DNA of 61,742 nt from a bacterium (lineage in GTDB: Bacteria; Eisenbacteria; RBG-16-71-46): NCBI GenBank assembly GCA_046076045.1, contig JBJTRI010000083.1, forward strand, positions 1 to 61,742, read 5' to 3'. Shown here piece after piece: positions 47,667-56,507 of the stretch. Every line of letters starts with the position of its first letter. Positions within the stretch are counted from its first letter, which is position 1. The notes under the pieces were generated by a model, which saw nothing but the letters and a program-made list of their open reading frames with translations, was not told the DNA's origin and made no database searches. Made by a program: the position numbers and the translations under genes.

Positions 47667-48575
47667 ATGACCGCACCCGCGATCGAGACCGAGCACCTGC
47701 GTCGCCGCTTCGGCGACAAGCTCGCCGTCGCCGACCTCACGCTCTCGGTGGCGCGCGGCGAGGTGTTCGGCTTCCTCGGTCCCAACGGTGCGGGCAAGTC
47801 CACCACGCTCAAGATGCTGCTCGGCCTGCTCGAGCCCTCGGGAGGGCGCGGGCGGCTGCTCGGAGCGCCGATCGGCGATCGTGCCGCGCGCGCCAAGGTG
47901 GGGTTCCTGCCCGAGCACTTCCGGTTCCAGGACTGGCTCACGGGCCGCGAGCTGCTGCACTTCCACGGCCGGCTGTACGGACTCGGCGGTGCGCCGCTCG
48001 AGCGACGCGCCGACGCGCTGCTCGAGCGCATGGACCTGGTGGATGCCGCCGACCGCCCGATCCGCACCTATAGCAAGGGCATGACGCAGCGCATCGGGCT
48101 GGCGCAGGGGCTGCTCAACGACCCCCACGTGGTGTTCCTCGACGAGCCCACCTCGGGGCTCGACCCGCTCGGGCGGCGGCTCGTGCGCGAGGTCATCCAC
48201 GAACTGCGCTCCGGCGGCACCACCGTGTTCCTCAACTCGCACCTGCTCGGCGAGGTCGAGGCGACCTGCGACCGCGTGGTGTTCGTGAAGCAAGGTCGGG
48301 TCGTGCACGAGCTCGCGCTCGCCGAGGCCCCCGAGGTGCTCGAGGTGGAGTTGCGCGTCGAGGGTGCGAGCGAAGGGGTGCTGGCCGCGCACGGCACCGT
48401 GCTGGCGCGCGACGGGGCCCGGGTGCGGATGCGCATCGCCGACGAGGCGGCCCTGCCGCGCCTGACGACCGCGCTCGTGACCGCGGGGGCCCGGCTGTAC
48501 GCGCTCACGCCGCTGCGGCGATCGCTCGAGGGCACGTTCCTCGAGGTCATGGGCGACGACGGGAGGCCCGGATGA
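47667..48575 (+). CDS. ABC transporter ATP-binding protein
   Basis: GPNGAGKST, YSKGMTQRIG, FLDEPTSGLDP, NSHLLGEVE. Confidence 0.93.
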   Translation: MTAPAIETEHLRRRFGDKLAVADLTLSVARGEVFGFLGPNGAGKSTTLKMLLGLLEPSGGRGRLLGAPIGDRAARAKVGFLPEHFRFQDWLTGRELLHFHGRLYGLGGAPLERRADALLERMDLVDAADRPIRTYSKGMTQRIGLAQGLLNDPHVVFLDEPTSGLDPLGRRLVREVIHELRSGGTTVFLNSHLLGEVEATCDRVVFVKQGRVVHELALAEAPEVLEVELRVEGASEGVLAAHGTVLARDGARVRMRIADEAALPRLTTALVTAGARLYALTPLRRSLEGTFLEVMGDDGRPG

Positions 48576-49408
48576 GCGCGTTCGTGACGCTCGTGCACCT
48601 CACGCTCCACGAGGCCATGCGCCGCCGCGTACTCGTGGCCACGCTCATCGGTGCCGCGGCGTTCCTGCTGGTGTTCGGCATCGGGTTCCACTTCGTGGTG
48701 CGCGACGCGGTGCAGGACACGGCCATGACCGCCATCCGCCGCCGCATGGTGCTCAACCTGTTCACGCTGGCCGGGCTCTACGCCACGCACTTCCTCTCGG
48801 TCATGACCGCGGTGCTGCTGCCGGTGGACACGCTCTCGGGCGAGATCGGCAGCGGGGTGCTGCAGACGGTCGCGAGCAAGCCCGTGCGCCGGCGCGACAT
48901 CGTGCTGGGCAAGTGGGCGGCGTACGCCATCGTCGCCGGCGGCTACACGCTCCTGGTGAGCACCGGCGTGCTGCTGGTCGCCCGCCTGCTCGGGGGCTTC
49001 ACGCCCCCGGGGCTTACGACCGGACTGCCGCTCATGGTGTTCGAGAGCGTGCTCCTGGTGACGCTGTCCATCTTCGGGGGGTCGCGGTTCTCCACCGTCA
49101 CGAACGGCATCCTCGCGTTCGCGCTCTACGGGCTGGCGTTCATCGGCGGCTGGGTGGACCAGATCGGCACCATGGGGGACAACGCCGCGGCGCGGAACGT
49201 CGGCACGGTGGTGAGCCTGATCATGCCGAGCGAGGCCATGTGGCAGCGCGCCGCGTACCACATGCAGCCCGCGATCATGCGCGACCTCATGATGTCGCCG
49301 TTCTCGCCCGCGTCGCTGCCGAGCGTCGCCATGGTGGTGTGGGCGGCGGGCTGGGCGCTGCTGTTGCTCGTGCTCGCGGTGCGCGGCCTGCAGCGCCGCG
49401 CCCTGTAG
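48572..49408 (+). CDS. ABC-2 family transporter permease
   Basis: TLHEAMRRR, GEIGSG.LQ.V.SKPVRR.DIVLGKW; about 6 TM; ATGA coupling. Confidence 0.88.
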   Translation: MSAFVTLVHLTLHEAMRRRVLVATLIGAAAFLLVFGIGFHFVVRDAVQDTAMTAIRRRMVLNLFTLAGLYATHFLSVMTAVLLPVDTLSGEIGSGVLQTVASKPVRRRDIVLGKWAAYAIVAGGYTLLVSTGVLLVARLLGGFTPPGLTTGLPLMVFESVLLVTLSIFGGSRFSTVTNGILAFALYGLAFIGGWVDQIGTMGDNAAARNVGTVVSLIMPSEAMWQRAAYHMQPAIMRDLMMSPFSPASLPSVAMVVWAAGWALLLLVLAVRGLQRRAL

Positions 49409-49418
49409 GGATGCGCGC

Positions 49419-50288
49419 TCAGGCGGGCGGCGGCTCGCCCCCGGCGGGCTTGCGCTTGCCGCACGAGCAGTCGCCGCACTTGTGGTACGGCCCCGGCGGC
49501 AACTCGTCGTAGGCGATGCGGTGCTCGGCGCCCTCGTCGTCGCGCACCCACACGACCTCGCCGTACGCCGCGGTGCGCGTCACCACCACCTCGCCCTTGC
49601 CGGTGCGGATGCGCGTGCCGACGGGCGGCAGCTTGGCCGCGCTGTCGCGGTACTGCGCCAGCTCGTACGACAGACAGCACATGAGCCGGCCGCAGGCGCC
49701 CGAGATCTTGGCCGGGTTGAGCGACAGCTCCTGCTCGCGCGCCATCTTGAGCGTGACCGGATGGAAGCTCCGCATCCAGGTGGAGCAGCAGAACGCGCGT
49801 CCGCACGGGCCGCAGCCGTCCACGCGCTTGGCGTGGTCGCGGACCCCGATCTGGCGCAGCTCGATGCGGGTCTGGAACCGGCTCGCGAGGTCCTTCACCA
49901 GTTCGCGGAAGTCCACACGCTGCTCGGCGGTGAAGTAGAAGGTCATGCGGTTGCGGCGCAACGCGACCTCGACCTCGGTGAGCTGCATGTCGAGCTCGCG
50001 GATCTCGAGGCGTTGCTGGCAGTACGCCATCGCCTCGCGCTCCAGCGTGGCGTTGCGCGACTCCTGCGCGAGGTCCTCGGCGTCGGCGCGGCGCAGGATC
50101 TCGCGCGTGACCGGGCCGGGGCGCTTGAGCTGGATGAGCGTCGGGTCCTTGAGCAGCACGGTGCCCAGCGTCTCGCCGTGCTCACCCTGCACCACGACGC
50201 GGTCACGCAGCCGGATGTCGTGGTCGTGCGTGTTGAGGAAGAACTCCCGGCGTGAACCACGCAGGGAGACCTGGACGATCTGCGGCAT
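49419..50288 (-). CDS. ricT: PSP1-domain / RicT (YaaT) family Fe-S protein
   Basis: FYFTAEQRVDFRELVKDLA, RIELRQIGVRD, GPCGR..CCS, KMAREQ.LSLNP.KISGACGRLMCCL.YE. Confidence 0.9.
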   Translation of the reverse strand: MPQIVQVSLRGSRREFFLNTHDHDIRLRDRVVVQGEHGETLGTVLLKDPTLIQLKRPGPVTREILRRADAEDLAQESRNATLEREAMAYCQQRLEIRELDMQLTEVEVALRRNRMTFYFTAEQRVDFRELVKDLASRFQTRIELRQIGVRDHAKRVDGCGPCGRAFCCSTWMRSFHPVTLKMAREQELSLNPAKISGACGRLMCCLSYELAQYRDSAAKLPPVGTRIRTGKGEVVVTRTAAYGEVVWVRDDEGAEHRIAYDELPPGPYHKCGDCSCGKRKPAGGEPPPA

Positions 50289-50461
50289 GCCAGGACCTCG
50301 AAGGCGGAGCGGGTCCGCCGAACGCCGCCCGCGAACGGGCGAACGGGGATGTCTCGGGTGTGTCGGGGGCGCCGGGCACGGGGCACGACGCTATCGGGAA
50401 GGCCCCGCGAGGGGCTCGTACCGGGGAGTCTAGCAGACCGCGCCGCCCGGACCGGGTCGGA

Positions 50462-51679
50462 TCAGAGGTTCCAGCGCGCGGTGGTGTGGGCGGGCCAGCG
50501 GCCCTCACCCATGCGGCTGCCGGCCACACGGGCCAGCGTCGAGAACAGGGTCAGGTCGGCCGAGACGTTGCCCTCGATGCTGCGCAGGGCCTCCTCGATC
50601 ACCATGAGCCGCCGCCGGACCTCGCTGGCCTCGATCGCGGGCGCGAGCGCCCGCAGCTGGGGCAGGCGGTCGCGGTTCACGATGCCCGACTCGTCGCCGC
50701 CGTAGCGCAGGCGCAGCAGGTCGCGCAGCCAGAGCTGGTGGAACTCCATCATGAGCCGGAGTTCGTCGCGCTTGGCCTTGCCGAACGCGGTGTAGGCCTG
50801 CACGCCCTGCCAGAGCGCGGCGGGTTGGCCGTCGAGCACGGACTTGAGCAGCGTGATGGCACGGTCGCGTTGCTCGGCCATGGGCGGCGTGGCGTCGCGC
50901 ATGACGAGCGCACGCCCGAGCGAGCCGTTGGCGAGCGCGGCGAGCAGCGAAGCCTCGGCCTCGGCGACGTGGGCCTGCTCCACGAGCACGCGCCGCACGG
51001 TGTCCTCGGACAACGCGGCGAAGCGCACGCGCTGGCAGCGCGAGCGGATGGTCACGGGCACGCGCGACAGGCGCGACGTGGTGAGCACCCACACGGTCGC
51101 CTCGCCCGGCTCCTCGATGCTCTTGAGGAGCGCCGAGAACTGGTCCTCGCGCATGCGGTCGCAGTCGCGCACCACCACCACCCGGCGCGCGGCGTTGTGC
51201 GGGCGGTAGCCGAGCTGCGCGATGAGCTCGCGCGTCTGACGGATGCGGATGCTCGCGGCGCGCTCGTACTGGAACACGTAGAGCGGATCGCGGCGCATCC
51301 CCTCGAGCGTCTCGGTGAGGTCCTCCTCCTGCTCCTTCTCGTCCCCTTCGAGCGGGAAGACGAACGGCAGGTCGGGGTGCCCGAGTGCGAGCGACATGCG
51401 GCAGCCGCGACAGGTGCCGCAGGCGTCGTCGCCGGTGGTCGCGACCGGTTCGGGCTCGGGCGCGCCGAACAGCGACGCGCCCTCCTCGGAGGATCGACCC
51501 CCGGGCACGCGCTCGCACAGCGCCGCGCGCGCGAACGCCAGCGCGGCCGTGCACTTGCCCACGCCCGGCGGGCCGTGGAACAGGTAGGCGTTGCCGTAGC
51601 GGCCGCGCCCCACGATGCCGCGCAGGAACGCGGACACCTCGGGCTGGCCGAGCAGGCCGGAGAGGTTCACCTCGAGCAT
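50462..51679 (-). CDS. holB: DNA polymerase III subunit delta'
   Basis: AYLFHGPPGVGK, Zn motif C...CGTCRGC, HPD, LLKSIEEP, TIRSRCQ; upstream of ricT. Confidence 0.9.
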   Translation of the reverse strand: MLEVNLSGLLGQPEVSAFLRGIVGRGRYGNAYLFHGPPGVGKCTAALAFARAALCERVPGGRSSEEGASLFGAPEPEPVATTGDDACGTCRGCRMSLALGHPDLPFVFPLEGDEKEQEEDLTETLEGMRRDPLYVFQYERAASIRIRQTRELIAQLGYRPHNAARRVVVVRDCDRMREDQFSALLKSIEEPGEATVWVLTTSRLSRVPVTIRSRCQRVRFAALSEDTVRRVLVEQAHVAEAEASLLAALANGSLGRALVMRDATPPMAEQRDRAITLLKSVLDGQPAALWQGVQAYTAFGKAKRDELRLMMEFHQLWLRDLLRLRYGGDESGIVNRDRLPQLRALAPAIEASEVRRRLMVIEEALRSIEGNVSADLTLFSTLARVAGSRMGEGRWPAHTTARWNL

Positions 51680-51720
51680 GGCGGGAGTCTACGCCATCGC
51701 GCCGCGCCGGGCGCGCTCGG

Positions 51721-52917
51721 TCAGCGCAGCCAGCCGCGCGGGTCGAGCGCGGACGAGCCCTTGCGGACCTCGAAGTGCAGGATGGGCCCCTTGAGCGAGC
51801 CCTCCTCACCCGAGCGTCCGATCACCGCCCCGGCCGCGACCTCGCGTCCGAGCGCCACGCCGACCTCGGAGAGGTGGCTGTAGATGGTGTAGTAGCCGTC
51901 GCCGTGGTTGAGCACCACGAGACCGCCCGCACCCCCGTAGTCGTCGTCGGCCGCGTCCACGCGCCCCTTCGCCACGGCGCGCACCGCGGTGCCGACCGCG
52001 ACCCGGATGTCGATGCCCTCGTTGCGCACCTGCGTACCGAAGCGCGGGTGCGTCTCGATGCCGAACGTGCCCACGACCTCGCCCCGCACGGGCCAGTCGA
52101 GCGCGCCCTGGCCGCGCGCGAAGTCGCCGCTGTACGGCTGCGGGTCGCGCCCCTGACCGCGCGCCTTGTCGGCCTCGGCGCGGCGCTGGCGCTCGAGGCG
52201 CGCGAGCAGGGCCTGCAGCGCGCGCGCGTTGCGCTCGAGCTCGGCGGCCGCGGCCTCGTAATCCTCGCGCCGCGACTGGATCTGGCGCACGTTCGTGGCG
52301 TGCTTCTGGCGCAGCCCGGAGAGCTTGCGGTTCTCCACCGTCACGCTCTTGGCGGTGCGTGAGACGTCCTCGATGTTGCCCTGCAGCTTGCGCTCGTTCT
52401 GCTCGACCAGTGCCTTCTCGGCGCGCACGTTCTCGAGCAGCGAGCGGTCCTGCTGCGCGATCATGGTGAGGTAGTCCCAGCGCACGAGCAGGTCGGCGAA
52501 CGAGCGCGTGCTGAGCAGCACCTCGAGGTCGCGCGTCGGCCCGGTCATGTACATGTGCCGCAGGCGCAGCGCCAGGCGCTTGCGCTGTTGCGACAGCGAC
52601 TCGGTGCTGCGCTGCAGGTTGGCGCGCGTCAGCTCGAGCTGCTGGTCGAGCCGGGCGCGGCGCGTCTGCAGCGAGCGGATGCGGCGGCGCGAGGCCGAGA
52701 GCTGGCGCTCGGTGCGACGCAGCTCGTTGAGCGCGCGCGTCTCCTGGCCCTTGAGCGCGCCGGCCTGCGCGCGCTTCTCCTGCGCCTGACGGCGGATCGC
52801 CTCGAGCTCGCGGCGCTTCTGCGACTCGAGCGTGTCCTGTGCGTGCGGGGCCGCGGGCCACAGGCCCACGGCCAGCAGCGCGACGAGCGCGAGACGCCAG
52901 GGGCGCGACCGGGTCAC
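51721..52917 (-). CDS. envC: EnvC-like murein hydrolase activator (coiled coil + degenerate M23/LytM)
   Basis: Signal peptide, long coiled coil, WPVRG...NEGIDI...YSHL...LHFEVR; follows ftsX with GTGA overlap. Confidence 0.85.
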   Translation of the reverse strand: MTRSRPWRLALVALLAVGLWPAAPHAQDTLESQKRRELEAIRRQAQEKRAQAGALKGQETRALNELRRTERQLSASRRRIRSLQTRRARLDQQLELTRANLQRSTESLSQQRKRLALRLRHMYMTGPTRDLEVLLSTRSFADLLVRWDYLTMIAQQDRSLLENVRAEKALVEQNERKLQGNIEDVSRTAKSVTVENRKLSGLRQKHATNVRQIQSRREDYEAAAAELERNARALQALLARLERQRRAEADKARGQGRDPQPYSGDFARGQGALDWPVRGEVVGTFGIETHPRFGTQVRNEGIDIRVAVGTAVRAVAKGRVDAADDDYGGAGGLVVLNHGDGYYTIYSHLSEVGVALGREVAAGAVIGRSGEEGSLKGPILHFEVRKGSSALDPRGWLR

Positions 52918-53771
52918 GAGCCGATCGTCCTCAGGATGCGGGCGAGCGCGGCCTGCGCGGCCGCCCACGACACCGCCACCGCGGCGACCACGAACCCGAG
53001 CGCCGAGGTCCACGGCAGGAACGACAGGTCGTGCAGGCGCAGCCCCACGGTCTGGCGCAGCGTGAACGCGGCCAGCAGCGCGACCACCGCGGCGATCGCG
53101 GTCTGCAGCATGGCCTCGATCACGTACGGCGTGGCGATGAAGCGGTCGCTGGCGCCCAGCCGCAGCAGGATCTCGACCTGCGAGCGGCGCGCCAGCACCG
53201 TGAGCCGGAGCGTGTTGTAGAGCACCAGCACGATCGCGAACACCACGATGGCGCCGATCGCCCACGTCGCCAACCGCACGCCGCTCGAGAGCTCGTCGAG
53301 CTGGCGCACGTACTCGCCGCCGAAGCGCACCGCGTCGACCTCGTCGAAGCCCTCGATCTGCTCGGCCGACTGCTGCATGGCGGCGTAGCTGAGCAGTTCG
53401 GGCTTGAGCCGGATGTGGTACGAGGCGGGCAGCGGGTTGGTGTCCACGCCCTGCAGCAGCTCGCGGTCCGCGATCTGCTCGGAGAACCGCGCCCACGCCT
53501 CCTTGGGGCTCACGTACGTGGGCTCGCCGAAGTACTGGCGCAACTTGTCCTCGAGCACGGTGCGCTCGGACTCGCGCACGCCGTCCTTCAGGTACACGAT
53601 CATCTCGCGCCGATCGCCGAGCGCGCGCAGGGCCTGCCGCACGTTGTGGTCGAGCACGAGGAACAACCCGCACAGCGTGAGCGCCGCGGTGAGCGAGACC
53701 ACGCTGGTGAGGGCGAGTCCGCGGTGGGCGCGGAACAGCCGCCACGCCTCGTTCCAGTGGAAGGGATGCAT
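52914..53771 (-). CDS. ftsX: Cell division permease FtsX
   Basis: EMIVYLK, YVSPKEA...F, NPLPASY.I, NTLRLTV.ARR..VEI..LLGA...FI..PY..E. Confidence 0.92.
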   Translation of the reverse strand: MHPFHWNEAWRLFRAHRGLALTSVVSLTAALTLCGLFLVLDHNVRQALRALGDRREMIVYLKDGVRESERTVLEDKLRQYFGEPTYVSPKEAWARFSEQIADRELLQGVDTNPLPASYHIRLKPELLSYAAMQQSAEQIEGFDEVDAVRFGGEYVRQLDELSSGVRLATWAIGAIVVFAIVLVLYNTLRLTVLARRSQVEILLRLGASDRFIATPYVIEAMLQTAIAAVVALLAAFTLRQTVGLRLHDLSFLPWTSALGFVVAAVAVSWAAAQAALARILRTIGS

Positions 53772-53772
53772 G

Positions 53773-54780
53773 TCAGGACCCTCCGCCGGGGTTCGTGAAC
53801 AGGTCGGGCTGGCCCGGCTCGTCGGGGCCCTTGGGTGCGGGCGGCGCAGCGACGGCGGGCGGTGCGGTGGCTGAAGGCGATGCGGCGGGTGCGGGCGGTG
53901 CGACGGGCACCGCCGGTGCGGTTGCCGCAGACGATGCCCCAGGCGCAGACGATGTCGCGGGTGCGGGCGGTGCCGTGGGCCCGGACGGTGCCGCGGCCGC
54001 GGACGGTGCGGTTGCCGCGGTCGTGACGACGGCCGTCGCGCTATCCGAGGACGGCGCGGACGGCGATGCGGGATCGCGGCTCGGCGCCGGCGGCATGTAG
54101 GCCTTCGTGTCGGATCCGGCGCCGTTCGTCTCGGTGAGCCGGCCGTCGGCCAGCACCAACCGGCGGCCGCCGATCGCGTCGGCCACCTCAGCGCGCGTGG
54201 TGCCCACCAGCAGGGCGGCACCCTCGCGGTGGATGCGCAGCAGCAGCGCGAGGATCTCCTGCGCACTCTTGGGCTCGAGCGCGCCGGTGGGCTCGTCGGC
54301 CAGGATGAGCGCGGGGCGGTTCACGATCGCGCGCGCGATGGCGCAGCGCTGACGCTCGCCGTACGACAGCTCGGCGGGCAGCAGGTCGCGGTGTGCCTCG
54401 AGCCCGACCTCCTGCAGCGCACGCCGCACCTTGGGCGTGACGTCGGCGTCCTCGAAGTGCCCCGCGATGTGCAGTGCGATCGCCACGTTCTCGAACACCG
54501 TGCGGTCGGCGAGCAGGCGGAAGTCCTCGTACACCACGCCGATCGTGCGGCGCAGCAGCGCGCGGTGCGTGCGACCGAGCCGCCCGCTGCGGAAGCTGCC
54601 CACGGTGACCACGCCCGAGGTGGGCTGCGTCTCGTGCGTGAGCAGGCGCAGCATGGTGGTCTTGCCGGCGGCGCTGTGCCCCAGCACGACGACGCACTCA
54701 CCCTCGTCCATGCGCCACGACACGTCGTCGAGCGCGAGGCGCTCCCCATAGCGCTTCGTCACGTGTTCGAATGAGATCAT
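53773..54780 (-). CDS. ftsE: Cell division ATP-binding protein FtsE with Pro/Ala-rich C-terminal extension
   Basis: MISFEHVTKRY, GHSAAGKT, LRRTIGVVYEDFRLL..RTVFENVA, RAIVNRP..ILADEPTG; immediately upstream of ftsX. Confidence 0.9.
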   Translation of the reverse strand: MISFEHVTKRYGERLALDDVSWRMDEGECVVVLGHSAAGKTTMLRLLTHETQPTSGVVTVGSFRSGRLGRTHRALLRRTIGVVYEDFRLLADRTVFENVAIALHIAGHFEDADVTPKVRRALQEVGLEAHRDLLPAELSYGERQRCAIARAIVNRPALILADEPTGALEPKSAQEILALLLRIHREGAALLVGTTRAEVADAIGGRRLVLADGRLTETNGAGSDTKAYMPPAPSRDPASPSAPSSDSATAVVTTAATAPSAAAAPSGPTAPPAPATSSAPGASSAATAPAVPVAPPAPAASPSATAPPAVAAPPAPKGPDEPGQPDLFTNPGGGS

Positions 54781-54826
54781 CGCGCCTCCTGGCGGCGGTC
54801 CCGCATCCTGCGGTGTCCCCGTTCGA

Positions 54827-56269
54827 CTAGCGGTACTCGATCTGGGCCTTCGCGCGCAGCGTCTTGAGCCACGCCTCGTACTTCTCGCGGAACTGCGCCT
54901 GGGCCACGGCCTCGGGCAGGTCCTCGCGGATCTCGGCGAGCTCGTACTCGCGCTCGGCCTTGCGCTCGGTGACCTTGAAGATGTTGAGCCCCTGCGCGGT
55001 CGGCAGCACGTCGCTGATCCCGCCCGCCTGCAGGTCGGCGAGCCCGTCGCGCAGCGCGGGCTGCAGGCCGCCGAGGCTCACGAAGCCCACATCGCCGTCG
55101 GGGCCGGCTGCACCCTGGTACTGGCTCCAGCGCTTCACGAGCGCGGCGAAGTCGCCGCCCTTCGCGGCCTGCTCGCGCACGGCCTGCGCCAGCTCGACGG
55201 CGCGCTCCACGTCGGCCTCGTTGGGCGTGACGCGGATGAGGATGTGGCGGGCGTGCATCTCGACGACGGGGCGACCCTGCACGTCGAGCGAGTCGCGCCC
55301 CTTGGCGTCGGTGACGGTGTCGCGCTCGATCGGCTGCACGAGGTGCCAGCCGAACGGCGTGCGCACCGGCTGCGACAGGCCGCCGTCGGGCAGCGAGAAC
55401 GCCGCCTCCTCGACCGCGGGCTCCATCTGGCCGCGACGGAAGAACCCGAGGTCGCCGCCCGACTGCGCGCTCGCCGGGTCCTCGGACGCCTCGGCTGCGA
55501 CCTTGGCGAACCTCTCGCCGCCGGTGATGCGGCGCCGCAGCGCCACGATGCGGTCGCGACCCTCCTTGAGGCGCGCCGAATCCGGCGTCGGCACGATCTG
55601 GATGACCTGCAGGCGGAGCTGCGGCGGCACCTTGGGGAAGCGGTCCCGGTGCGAGCTGAACCACGCCTCGGCCTCGGCCTGCGGCACGGGCTTGCGCGGG
55701 AACATGCGCTGCACGAGGCGCTGCATCATCATCTGCTGCTCGAGCTCGCCCTTGTAGCGCTCGCGCAGCCGCGCCTCGGTGGTGTTCTCGCGCCGCAGCT
55801 GCTCCTGGAAGCGCTCCTCACCGCCCAGACGCTCCTTGGCCTCGGCGATCGCGCCGTCGATCTGGCGGTTGAGGTCGGCGGCGGTGACGGTGATCGCCTG
55901 ACGGCGCGCCTCGGCCAGCACGAGCTTGTCGTCGATGAGCTGGTCGAGGATCTGGCGCCGCAGCGTGTCCACGAGCATCGAGTCCGGGCGCATCTGGTTG
56001 CGCTGCACGAACAGGAACAACTGCTCCTCGACGTCACTCGCCAGCACGGGCTCGTCGTTCACCATCGCGGCGATGGCGTCGAGTTCGGCGTCGTCCGCGG
56101 CGGCCGGCGGCGTGGTCGGCGGCGCGGTCCGGGTCGCGGGCGCGGTCGGGGCGGCGGGCTGAGGCTTGGCGGCCGGCTTCGCGCTGCGCTGCGCGGCGAT
56201 CGCCGGGAGCGCCAGGGCGATCAGGGCGACGAGGATGAGGGTCGGGGTACGGCGCAGGGGTCGCGACAA
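54827..56269 (-). CDS. SurA-like periplasmic chaperone / parvulin PPIase
   Basis: GGAGG RBS then TTG 56269; signal peptide; DAIAAMVNDEPVL; two parvulin domains (SEDP.SA..GGDLGF...TPFGWHL; ARHILI...GDVG); W...LR.KA.I. Confidence 0.88.
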   Translation of the reverse strand: MSRPLRRTPTLILVALIALALPAIAAQRSAKPAAKPQPAAPTAPATRTAPPTTPPAAADDAELDAIAAMVNDEPVLASDVEEQLFLFVQRNQMRPDSMLVDTLRRQILDQLIDDKLVLAEARRQAITVTAADLNRQIDGAIAEAKERLGGEERFQEQLRRENTTEARLRERYKGELEQQMMMQRLVQRMFPRKPVPQAEAEAWFSSHRDRFPKVPPQLRLQVIQIVPTPDSARLKEGRDRIVALRRRITGGERFAKVAAEASEDPASAQSGGDLGFFRRGQMEPAVEEAAFSLPDGGLSQPVRTPFGWHLVQPIERDTVTDAKGRDSLDVQGRPVVEMHARHILIRVTPNEADVERAVELAQAVREQAAKGGDFAALVKRWSQYQGAAGPDGDVGFVSLGGLQPALRDGLADLQAGGISDVLPTAQGLNIFKVTERKAEREYELAEIREDLPEAVAQAQFREKYEAWLKTLRAKAQIEYR

Positions 56270-56507
56270 GACGGTCCTCCGTTCGGGTGCGGTCGCTCCG
56301 GGGGAGCCCGAGGCGCCGGAGCGGGAGTCGCCCGCAGTATAGCCGCGACGCGGGTCCCCGCCCACCAAGGTACGCCCCCGACCGCGAGCGATTCCGCGGC
56401 GAGCGGCAAGGTTCACGCCTCCCGGACAGGTGGCGTTCGCCGGCCCGGCACCGCGTCCGTCCACCGGAGCACTCCCTCGCGCTTCCCCGCTGTGCGAAGG
56501 TGTGCGC

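Noticed and set aside
51440-51510. SLF-containing insertion in the HolB zinc module as a clamp-binding motif
   Set aside because: Short low-complexity loop; similar inserts occur in other HolB proteins and three residues are too little evidence
51721-52917. Novel inactive M23 peptidase
   Set aside because: Loss of zinc ligands next to ftsEX is the expected EnvC pattern
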